From: Raillietiella orientalis
Lineage: Eukaryota
Assembly: GCA_036172245.1 (NCBI GenBank)
Contig: JAYWIR010000042.1
Location: 1,240,001 to 1,304,000, forward strand
Reading direction: 5' to 3'
DNA length: 64,000 nt
Both the position numbers and the translations under genes were made by a program. The first letter of the stretch is position 1, and each line of letters opens with the position of its first letter. This document shows, piece by piece, positions 24,386 through 35,420 of the stretch. The notes beneath the pieces are model-generated. The model worked only from the letters and a program-made list of their open reading frames with translations, had not been told where the DNA came from and did no database searches.

Positions 24386-26155
24386 ATGGTCGACTGTGAA
24401 TCAGCATCCCTCCTAACGTGCCAAGAGAAAGTTCCTTTGGAACAAACTTCATTTCAAGGGAATGAAGCAGTCAATAAGAAGTTAATTTTCTGGTATGCTT
24501 TTAGTACATGTGTCAAAAGGTCTTCCCACTAGCATTGGATACTTTGCAGGGATGGAGATCTTACCATGTTGAAAGTGTCTGTGCTGTTGTGGTTTACCCA
24601 TAGAGCCACTGACTCTGAGAAAGAAGAGCAACTTTTGGAAAAAGGAGGATCCTTGTTTAAGGAGCAAATTTCATTGTATGCAAGCAGTCAGTGCTGAAGT
24701 TGCATGTAGGAAACATCAAACTTAAAATGCTTGCAGAAGCTGAAGATAAGTATGAAATACAGGTGCTTCCAGGATACAATCTGCCATCTCAATTCGTCAT
24801 TTGGATACCACTGATAGAATTTGATTCTAAGGATACACAGGGGTCCCTTTTATTTTTGGAAAACTGCTTCAGGTAAAAAAAAGAAGTGAAAACTGTTATG
24901 TCACCAGCATTTCTATTAGGAAGGTGTGTAAAATTGTTCAGGAGAGGCAACTGACATCTATTGCTGTATCTGCCATCCAAGGGTTTCCAACTGAACCATT
25001 GCTTTCCATCACCTTCAGTAAGTACTTCAAGGACATCACATTCAAGGTTCGCAGAAAGTCTGAGGACATTGTTGGAGGACTGTGCAGAGCAAGTGCAGCA
25101 AATTATCTGCATTCTGCCATTTTCTTCCCAAATAAATGACGTTCTTGCACACTATTTTCCCGGTTATGTTCAGCAGCCCATTCTGCCACAGCTGTTGGAA
25201 ACAGCTTGGCCTCATAGCAACATTGACAGTGCAGGTAAAGACATCAGGAAGGCTTTTATGCAGACGAAAGTTTAGTGATCTTGACCAGAAGCCCCAACTA
25301 ATCATGCACAACTGTCTAATGATCTGCATCTGGGATGTCACTTCAGCATCTCTCACCAACCTTGTTCTGAATACAGAAAATTACTCCAGGAGGCCCAGAC
25401 CACCAATCTAACTGAGATAGCAGAACTGGGTTGTGTGTACTGGGGAGGGGCGGACAATATCGGACAACCTGTGCTAATCTTTATTGGTCGCTGGTTTAAC
25501 TATAGCAATGTGGATCTTCACAAAGTAAGGACCTTTCTTAACTTTTCCAATAATGATAATGTTATGCAGGCTCTGCTCTATTTGATAACCATCATGGAGC
25601 CTATGGTGGACATTCCCTATGCAGTGGTCTACTTTCATACATTGACCACTGCTTCTCATTGGCCCAGCTTGATGTGGCTCAAGCAAATATATGTGTTGCT
25701 GGATTACAAGTAAGTAGCCACTTTCCAAGGAAAAAATACATCAAGTGCACCATTTGCAACTACTGCAGGTATAAAAAGAACTTGAAAGCTTTCTACATTG
25801 TCCACTCTGGCTTTTGGATAAGGGTGAGCTCCACTTGCTTCACATATTGACATCGTTCGTGGTAGCTGGCACTCATTTTTTTCAGCAACTTCATCACTCG
25901 AGCAATCCGTAATAAAGTACATTACGTGCAAGGACTGCAAGAACTGTTTGCTAAAGTAGACAAGGAAGAGATGGATCTACCCCCATTCATCATGGAGTAT
26001 GATATGAAGGCAAGCTGCAGCAGGTTTCCCACATCACTTTGTAACGATGTAATCAGGTCAACAGTGGTCATTATTTGTACCCAGCAGTGTCCCCACTCCC
26101 AGAGGGAGTAGCACCAAGAACTGCAGAAAATACGTCTTTATTTCTTGGCCATTAA
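24386..26155 (+). CDS. GDAP2: GDAP2-like protein (macro domain + CRAL-TRIO/BCH domain), 10 exons: 24386-24492, 24550-24686, 24737-24872, 24920-25017, 25055-25234, 25289-25524, 25570-25709, 25769-25823, 25866-26009, 26057-26155
   Basis: Spliced translation: NKKLIFWDGDL..GYNLPSQFVI..ENCFRKV..GFP..HYFP..YRKLLQEAQTTNLTEIA..GADNIGQPVLIFIGRWF..ALLYLI..VVYFHT..LDYKYKKNLKAFYIVH..IRNKVHYV..PPFIMEYD. This is colinear with vertebrate GDAP2. Introns are phase-consistent, 37-59 nt; some boundaries are inferred. Confidence 0.9.
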
Positions 26156-26728
26156 GGTGTACATGTTGGTGCTATTCACTGTCTAATAATGGAACTCCGA
26201 AAAACATGGAACATGGAAAGATTTTTTGCACCATACTTAAAATGCGATAATTTTTTTAATATGAAGCATGGGAAATAGAGGAACTTTATCACAGTGCGAT
26301 TCAGATGCTTGAGGGGGAAAATATCACATTCAAGAAACAATTGAGCTTTCGTTTTCTCCTGCTGGAAATTGCCAAGTTCCGCATCCCAGAATGAATTGCA
26401 GGAAGGTTTGCTGTGTTGCAGATTTCTTATCCTATTCTCAGATTGTGTGGTAATATTGCGCATTTTCCCATGCAGCCTCGTGCAGCGCCTGCATTGCCAG
26501 TGGTCGTCAAAAGATTTTTATTACATTCGCATTCTTCGGAAAGCACTTGGTTGTTGTTGTTGTTGTTGTTGTTTTTTTTTTCCTTCCTTTTTTTTTTTTT
26601 CTTTTTTTTTGTTTTTCCTTCCAAACTTTCTTCGGAATGCCGAGTACGAACACACAGCAATCTTGAGATGAGAAAACAAAAAGGGAATCCGTGGGTTTTT
26701 TTTTTTTTTTTTCCCATGCGCACTGGGG

Positions 26729-28006
26729 TTAACAAGCCGGCATCCAAGTACAGGAACACGAATTATCGGGGTTATACGATGTTATGATATAAGTATGATA
26801 AAAGGGCACCACTGAAGACATTTGCAATCCGTTCTGTTTCGCATAGCGTGCCTGCTGGTGGTGCCAAAAGATGTTAAAGGCAAGTTCTTCGATCAGGGCC
26901 AGCGTCTGACGGCGCTCGTGACCCATGAGGCAGACTGTAGATTCATCGACAACGCGGTACAGCAGCATCAGGTACTCGTATTTGAGCTGAGGGGCATCTT
27001 CGTTCACGAAGTGATTCAACAAGTACGTTTCCAGCTTGCCTTGCTGTTGGTTTATGTCCGGAAAATCAATGAAAAACCGCGAGCACATGTACCTTTCCAG
27101 CATTTTTATGCGGCGGGGCTCGGCTGGTCGATAGCCTCGGTTCAGCAAACTGCAGTATTTTAATAAACCGCCGCCGCGAATCTCTTCCGGATTTATGGTG
27201 GCGATCAGTCGTCCATTCAAATGAGACAGAGCCGCGTTAAAGTCCCCATAGATGGATTCGCCCAGGAGCACGGGGTAGAAATTTTCACTTATCACAGTAT
27301 CGGTCGCACCGTCTGCGTGCTGCGAGAGCAGCGGATCGAGGATGATTTGGAAGGAGTCCACGGAAAATTCGAACTGCCGGTGCATCGTATCCACGAATTT
27401 CATCTCCACGTTGCGGCCCCTCGTGTTGGAAAGGGATATGAGGGACCAGCGGTCCCCACTGCTGTTCCCGCTGCTATCGGAAGGGCACACTTTCACCATT
27501 TTGTAGACATATGCCTCCCCCAGGGAACACGGGGTCATGCGTTTCTTGCTGACCCCCGCTGGCAGCAGATCCAGGAGAGATTCGAACACGGAAGTTTTCA
27601 CCAGCTCGAACTGTTTCAGGTTGTACAGACTGACGCGAAAAATGAGATCTAGATCGTTGTACTGGTGCTCGTCGGCATCCTTTGCCAGGACGTAGGAAGC
27701 GGCACCCCCATTCAACCGAACATCGTGCACTTCCACATCGTTGTTCAGCAACCGTTTGCGAACTGCACATACTAAGTCACGGAGTTTTACTTCCAGAGAT
27801 GGGAAATTTCCTCGGCCATGGATCGGAAACTCCTTGTTAAAAACCTCCTCGAGCTTCCTGAACTGTTTCCACGTTAAAACGGAAAAACACTTGTCGAATA
27901 CTGTATCCATAGAGCAGTGGCTGATTCGATTCCAGTAGTCAGGATCCCGGATCAACTGACTGCCGTAGTAGAGGACTACGTGACTTTCTGGACAGTAGCA
28001 CGACAT
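26729..28006 (-). CDS. TENT5: Terminal nucleotidyltransferase 5 (FAM46) non-canonical poly(A) polymerase; exact start codon uncertain
   Basis: 425-aa ORF with family motifs IHGRGNFP, VRLNGGAAS, YNDLDLIF, DRWSLISL, NVEMKFVD..RQFEFSVDSFQI, EEIRGGGLLKY, RYMCSRFFIDF and ESTVCLMGHERRQTL. The catalytic DxD and Glu are intact. Confidence 0.97.
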   Translation of the reverse strand: MSCYCPESHVVLYYGSQLIRDPDYWNRISHCSMDTVFDKCFSVLTWKQFRKLEEVFNKEFPIHGRGNFPSLEVKLRDLVCAVRKRLLNNDVEVHDVRLNGGAASYVLAKDADEHQYNDLDLIFRVSLYNLKQFELVKTSVFESLLDLLPAGVSKKRMTPCSLGEAYVYKMVKVCPSDSSGNSSGDRWSLISLSNTRGRNVEMKFVDTMHRQFEFSVDSFQIILDPLLSQHADGATDTVISENFYPVLLGESIYGDFNAALSHLNGRLIATINPEEIRGGGLLKYCSLLNRGYRPAEPRRIKMLERYMCSRFFIDFPDINQQQGKLETYLLNHFVNEDAPQLKYEYLMLLYRVVDESTVCLMGHERRQTLALIEELAFNIFWHHQQARYAKQNGLQMSSVVPFYHTYIITSYNPDNSCSCTWMPAC

Positions 28007-28755
28007 AAACGAGACTCACCACGACAGCCGGCAACACCACAAATGCGTCCACGGCTGCGAGGACCGCGAATTTATAGAATTCACCGATTGCGTCATTCTG
28101 ACATCATAAAATGCAACCGGGGGCGCACGCGTACTGCGTACGCAAAGCGGGAGGGAGCATGGGTACCAATAATCACCAGGCTATATTTTGAACAGCCTGG
28201 TGATTATTTTGAATAATGAAAAAAAAAAAAAAAAAAGCTGGAAAATTGCACGTCGAAGCTAAAACAAAAAAACAAAAACGAAATTCTTTCATCCTTTTCC
28301 GAATGGAACCAGCGATCTGACGAGCGCACTGAAAACATCATCTCAGTAAACAGCTGATCAATTAATGAGGATTGCAAGGGTAAAACGAATGCAAAAATTT
28401 GACAAGTGGTTCTTTTTTTCTTTGATCTACCATGAATTGCTTTGCCAAACTTTTGCTTTCAGCACCCATGATGTGTACTCAAACGGTTTCGCAAACGGAG
28501 CTGCAAGAGGTGTGTAAAACTGGATCAAGTAAAAATTTCGAGAAGGAGCTTCATTAAGCTGTCTAGAAGTATGCCAGTTTACGTTGACGTTGTCCTCATG
28601 CCATGCAAATTCTCGTCTTTCAGAATAACTGTTTGGACACGTGTAATCTATTTCGTTTGCAGATTTGTTCTGTCACCTTCAAAGTAAGCTTCACGAAAAT
28701 GGATCCACCATGCACCATGCACGATGTTATACATACTGCACATGTAACATGTGTG

Positions 28756-28790
<35 letters not shown>

Positions 28791-31084
28791 CATACCTGAA
28801 AATGAAGCTCGTATGTGTGGTAGCACTAGCACATGAAAAAAAACACAAGCACAGCACGCTCAAACGAAATAATACAAGCGTTGCGTCTTTATATAAATAA
28901 TTATGTGTACATTATACGTATAATATAATGTATTAGCTGCTGTTCCTGCTACCTCCTTTGACCGACTTGGCAACCGAAAACACGCGAGGACGAAAATTCC
29001 ATTGATAAGTTTGAAACAGGGATTCGGTTGCAACAAGCAAAACTGCGGTTCTAAGGGCTCTTTTATGTAATTTCGGTGTGTAAACGTAGTGTGTACAGAT
29101 GGTGTTTGAGGAAGCATAGCTTTCAAGTTTAATGGAAATGGTTCGGACTGCTGCTGTCTTCTTACTTTGAAGTGAATCGATGTGAATGAACCTTTCTTCA
29201 TGCTACGTGGAATTCGTGAGGACACACTCGTAATGGAACACGAATTGCCGACGAGACCGGTCCCATCCTCGGGTATGTTGGTATACGTTTGTGTGTGCGA
29301 ATTTCCACCTTCTATGTTGACCTTCGATGGCTGTGGAGGAAGGTATTGTGGAAAAGGCAAGCGACGCCACGGAAAGGCAGAAAGTAGCAGCAGCAGTGTT
29401 AGGCGAAGGCATTCTTTGCTTATCACGTGGCAAGTGTGGAGTCGGAGTGCCACAAATGGTAGCAGGTGCTACCAGACCAGTGAAACAGATATACAAATAT
29501 TCCTTAGTCCACTTGCTGCAGATTATCCCCAGTGAAACCATGGTAATTTGTGCGCAGGAAGCTTACTTGGATTTTCTTTTCTTTTCTTTTTTTTTTTTTT
29601 TAAAAAAAAAAAAAGAAAAAGAAAAACCGTACTGCATTCATTCCTATGAATAAAGTGGATCAGACTTTCTGGAAAGTGTGGCCGTTCTTTTCCCCTCGTT
29701 GCCGTAGTACGGAATGAACTGGGAAAGGGGAGGGGGGGGGGGATTAGTAATACGTCATTAGTAATACGTAATTGCGAAGCTGCTAACATTGCAAAATGGA
29801 AAAGCAGTAATCCCAGGAACAAAGCAGCAGAATGATAGTAGTCATAAGAAACGACTACAGAGACGGACACGTTCCGTGTTCGAGTATGCTGGGTAGTTTT
29901 TGTTACCGAGCGTTTCAAAATAGTCTTCGGCACCAACGGTCTAATCCATTGCCAGGAAGCCTTCAGTGTGGTGTTTGCGTTTTGCTTGAACCTTTCTCCT
30001 CCTCTTTAAAGTAAGAAAGTACTTGAAAATCGATTTGATACCGTTTCTGCGTCACCGTGACGCGGGCATGAATTCTCTAATCAAAATCATTAAAGCACGC
30101 GAGATCAATCTAATCTATATGGTGGGGTTCGTCTCCCCCCTCCCCCCCCGTCCTCTTCGTCTCTCGCCCTAGCTGTTCGCACACTTCCCTCAAGTTGTGT
30201 GTGGGTCCCCGGCAAGAATTCAGCGGTGCGGGTGGGTGGACCCTGCGGAGGAGGAGACCGAAGTGCCCAACCACCCCCATGCGGGAGATGGCATGGCGGG
30301 GGGGAGTCGGAAAAATCCTCCAGCGGGGAGAGATCTCTTCGGCGAAGACACTGCGGACCACGAGCTGGTGGTCTGGAGGCTGTTGGGAGGCGCGCTGGTG
30401 CACACGGACGACGTTCGCGTTGCGCTCTTTTGCATGTGGCATGCAGCGTGCGCCTCACTCGTACTTTCGTGTAAGTTGCGAGAACGTGTCGGAAGAACTC
30501 GACACAAACTCGCAGGCATAGATTTTTCCGCTTAGGAAAAAAAAAAGATACAGCGATCGGAAGGCCGCCTGTGCACAGTTAGCCGCAGCGTGCACAGTGT
30601 GGATTGTACGCAACTGTGTACGACACACAGTGCTCTTGAGCTTTTCACAACGGGGGAACGATAAAAAATAAAAAAAAAACTTTCAGTGTCACGTTAATAG
30701 CGAAATGGCGCGTGAGTGATGATGCAACAGCAAACTTCCAAGCTGGGATTACTGATCCTGAAGAACTCGGCCCGTTCTCAATTTCATGAATTAACTTCGA
30801 TTTTTAGCACACCTATGCAATTCTAAAATAGATCAGCCAATTGCCTCCAAATATTTGGATATGTTCCATTTTTTTTTTTTTTTTTCGTTCCCTCTCTTCA
30901 GCGAGATTGGAAATTTTAGACCATCTGGCTGCCAACATGTGCGTACTATTGAAAATGATTTCTTACTCCGGCTGCTGGAGAAATTTGGCAAACAGGATAT
31001 CATTGATAGAATAAACGAAACCCATGCAAAACGCAGATCGCATTCCTCCGTGTTCACAATGCATTTTTTTTTTCTCTCTCTCTC

Positions 31085-31115
<31 letters not shown>

Positions 31116-32749
31116 CCTTTTTACAGGCTGTGGTGAAATCCAGCAGTAATTATGTCGTGCCCACGGCAGAGCAGAGAATAATTGATTACGTTTGTTTACC
31201 AATGCCAGGACCACGTGATCAAGCTGGACACTGTCCGCAATCAACCGAACAATGGGCATTTGCCTTACTGACCTATAGCTGCACACTCTGTTGTGTCATT
31301 GACTAGAAGGGTCACTCGGGCTGGCCAGCGAAGGAAATTGCAAATATGAAATCGGAGATCGCTTCGTCCAATGGCGATACTCGACCGGTACGAAACGAAA
31401 ATATGCAAAAAAGGAGAGAGGGAGAGAGAGAGAGAGGAGAGAGAGGGAGAGGAAAAAAGTGGTTGCTGTGAACCGTATCACCGTATACTTTAACGACCTT
31501 TTCGCCCAATAATAGCTGCCGGCGTATCCTTATGACGAGACATTAATTTTTTTGCATCACCTAAATCCTGCTTGCTAACACGGGATCCGTCACGTCTTCC
31601 CAGGGCTGAAAGATAGATGCTTTCGTTTGATGCCTGCGTTTTCTCTGCGCAAAGTGATTCTTCAGCAAACAGTCCGAATACCAGCAAGCTCTTTCGACAA
31701 GGGTTGTCCAACGTGTGCAGTGGAAGGCGGGGGGGAGGGGAGAACGACGACGACTCTTCCGTGGATTCTAATGCACGGATTTGCAGGGAAAAAAAAAAAG
31801 AAAAGAAAAGATAAAAACACTTGAATAACGCTAGATCTCTAAGAAGCAGCTCACTTTTGCTGTTTACACGTTCTCTTTCTTTCTTCCTTTCTTTTGCTGA
31901 AATGAATGAAGAGTACGCAAGCAGCACCGCTGCAAGGGGGGGGGAAAAAAAGAAAGAAAGAAAAAAATCTTTTCGGAAAAGCAATCAAGAACTTTGCCAC
32001 GCCGTGTTTACCTGCTTAAGAAGGGCACATTTCTTCTTGCCTCTAAATAGAATGCCGCACACAACTTCTCTTTTATTCTTATCGATCGAATCGTGCATCA
32101 ATGCAGGCTGAGGAGGAAAAATAGAGCAGCTTAGACTAAACCAGCCGGGAACTTCCGAAGCACAGTGGATAAACTTCAATTAGACTTCTCCGGCCAACGA
32201 TACTTTTAACTCATAATCTTTCGGACAGATGTAACGGCATATGCTATTGTATCCCATTCCCGTTTTTCCAGGGCGGAACGCACGAAACAAAAGTGTTGCC
32301 TCGCCTCGAAGAAACAAAACGCGAAGCAGAATGATGGATGCACAGCTCATTCGAAAGATTCACTCGAGCAACGCTTACCTGCCGAAAGCACACGCAGAGG
32401 CCTCCTTGGTGTGTCGAGTTATGTACACGTGTGTCCAGGGAAATAAACGTACATGTATATATATGTGTGTGTGTGGAGAATAATATTCCCTGGAAAAGAA
32501 AACTTGCAATTCTGTTATGCTGGAATTCGTGTTCTTTTTTGTGCAGAGGGAGGTGGTGCTTTTGCTTTCTTGCCGAGGCGTAATGGACCGTTTGCATTCC
32601 AAGTCTCCTTATTGGATTCGGATTTCCCTCTGCACGTCGTGTGCACACTCTTCCGTGTGTAGACGGCAACACGATCCGCCTCGCACTTTCTCTCGAGTCT
32701 TCCTGCAACTCTTCGAACGTCCCGATCGAGGCGCACGGTTTGAAGGCGG

Positions 32750-33350
32750 CCTCAGAGACGGGGGGTGGGGGGGGAATCGATGCACTGGTAGCCCGTTTCG
32801 ATGCTGCTGCACCCACCAGCCCTCCCAACCACTGGATGGACCACCCTTCCATCTTGGCTTCCGGTCCGACTTCCCTCGGTTTTTCGATTCCGATAGCATC
32901 ATCGTGTCGCCTTGCTTGGTTTCGTTCTTTCAAACTCGATTATGCAGTTGCAAATAAGCCGCGAAGACATCTGTCAACAGCCGCAGAAGGAAAAGCTTTC
33001 CGCTGAGCTGAATCAGAGATTTCGAAGAAGGGTGGAAGAAATCTGCGCGGGAAACGCTGCAGCTTCCCCTGGGATTCCTGTGGGTAATCTCCTGGAGGCC
33101 AAGATCTCCGAGAGGGAAGTGCAACACTTCGATCCGAAATCGCAATGTGAGGCAACGTTGTGCTCCAAACTTCATCCTTAGGTGGAAGCGCGTAGGCGCA
33201 CAGCCACCACAAGACGTTCCGATTGATTGCGCTTCTATCGGGAAAGAGGCGCGCCTCCCAGGCCGAAGAGAGAATTCAACAGGATGCGACGAACCAGCGA
33301 AATCAGCATCTGCAAACAGGAGCCGAAAGGGGGCACGTGTAAGAACTTGT
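32750..33350 (+). mobile_element. Decayed Tc1/maT-like transposase
   Basis: ILASGPTSLGF (~IxxxGxTPLxF), GNAAAS..VGNLL (~QDNAPAH) and terminal AERGH (~AEGGHF). Confidence 0.35.
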
Positions 33351-33621
33351 GAATTCCACGAAACTGAGACCCAAACAGGGAACGCCCTGCACAATCGAAC
33401 TGCAGATTTCCACACATTCCAGAATCAAAACAATCCCTACAGAATGATGTATTCTTTCCGGCTTCAAATAGGAGTTTCAGCTCAAGGAATGAACGGGGAT
33501 CCTCCGATACCTCTGCCGTCTCCTTGGACATGCGCGACATGTTCTGCCACCTAGGATTTTCCAGTCACCAAACGGCAGAATTTCAGTTTCCGGAACACCT
33601 AGAGAACACCTAACCGAGCCG

Positions 33622-33657
<36 letters not shown>

Positions 33658-35129
33658 AAAGCAGCACATACAAACTGTGCTGCGAAAGCGGAAAAGCGTC
33701 CAAGTGCGGCACAGATTTAGCATCCATGGAAAGTGAAATATCACGGTATGTAAACTTTCAGTACCTCCCAAAGTCGATTTCTGCTTGCATCCTGCATCCA
33801 TCATTTCACAGATACACAGAGGCTTAGAGCTCGCTCTCCGGAATACGTCGTCTGCTCCCTGGTGCGACTGGCATATGGCTTGCTATCATTTCCAACGGCT
33901 AGGAAGAACGCGTAACTACGGCGTTTCGTCCGGAAGATCTCAAAGCGAGGTCAGTCAGCTGCAGGACCATTAGCTAAGCTGCCAGGAGCCCGGTGGCGAG
34001 TGGACAGGATTCCTGATCCCTAGCGAACGGCATTTTGAGGAAAAGGCCAGTCGGGTATGCCGACCGTTTCCTGGAAGGGAGAAATTTGCTTCCTTTCCTA
34101 TATGAAATTTCCTATATGAACCTTAATCTTTCTTTTTGCTTGCGGTTTCTTTATATGAAGGCTAAGCCTTATCCTTTCCTGGAATCAGGGAGAAGATTTG
34201 AGATTTAGGAGCTGAGCAGGTTGGGCTCGAATGTGTTTCATCTCATCCTGCGTTTTTTTTTTTTTTTTGAATGCGCGTGGTTTCATCCACCTATGCCTTC
34301 TACGTGATTCTGCACTGGATGTAGCTCGAAAGATCCATTGCTGTGATCTGAGAGGGCCCAATTTATAGATAACGCCGGTGTAACTGTACTTTTCCTAGAA
34401 CTTACCTTTTCGTTTTGCTGAAAGCAGTCTTCGACGACTCAGCTTGAATTCCAAACCTACCTCAGCCCCATTTAGAAACCTACGCAGCCCAGTGGTATCC
34501 ATCATTTCGAAATGCAGCCGAGTACGTTAATCTGGATGAATTTTTGAAAATTTCATTACGGTTTCGAAATGAAGTATATCGTGAGTTTGCTGGCAGTTTC
34601 CCGAAATGGGATCGAATTCCGATCACGGAATCCGTACACTTACAGCCTCATTCGTACTTTTGCAACCATTGGTACGTCTCCTGGAGCTTCCCACGCTGTG
34701 CACACCGTCGAGCAGGAGATTCGATGCCAATTCATTCGATTCGTTCTTTCCTTGGTTTGCTTTAGATTATGACCTTTCCGCATACGTCACGATCTAGCAA
34801 TGTACCGTACCTGTTCTCCCTTTGCTATTACGTAGTTCCAGTTGATGCGTCAGAGAATACTTTCATCGGCTTTCGTGTTACCCTAAAAGCGCTCAGAGCC
34901 CCCCCTCCCCCGTGCCCGCTGAAATTTCGTCGTTCTGCTGGCCGAAATTCAATTCTCCGACCTGAGGCCACATGGAAACCGGGCGGCTGACAAGGAGTCG
35001 ATTTACAAAGCAAAACTCTTCGAGGCGTTGCGATCTTCGAAATGCAGAGCACGTCAGATAAGCCACACTTTAAGCTAATTTCTAAAAGGAAGGGAAAAGA
35101 AAAAAGGAAGAAAGAAAAAGCACGAAAAG

Positions 35130-35420
35130 GGGGGGAGAGGAGGGACTTTATTTCCTTAAAATAGTGTTTGGTACTGCGTCGGAAACTTCGAACCAAGTCT
35201 CATCATAATATGACGAGTTACGGTCATCGGTCGAATCACATAAAACAACAACATTTTTTTTTTTTTTTTTTTCGTGCTGTTCAACAAGTCGTGACATTTT
35301 TTTTTTTTTTTTAGATGCCGCCACAGCTCTCACGTTCACCGTATACCGCGAGAGCTTCGGGAGCGCTGAAGCAAACTGCTGCATTACATGTCTGAGACCT
35401 GACAACTTATTTAATTAATC
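35130..35420 (-). mobile_element. Internally deleted mariner remnant
   Basis: LAVYGE (HTH region), NVVVLCD (~VILLHDN) and VRSFRRSTKHYFKEIKSL (mariner C-terminus), separated by poly-A expansions. Confidence 0.35.

Noticed and set aside
31127..31306. Strong polypyrimidine/CAG acceptor followed by a 59-codon open frame
   Set aside because: No recognisable homology or upstream exon, and T-rich tracts are ubiquitous in this window.
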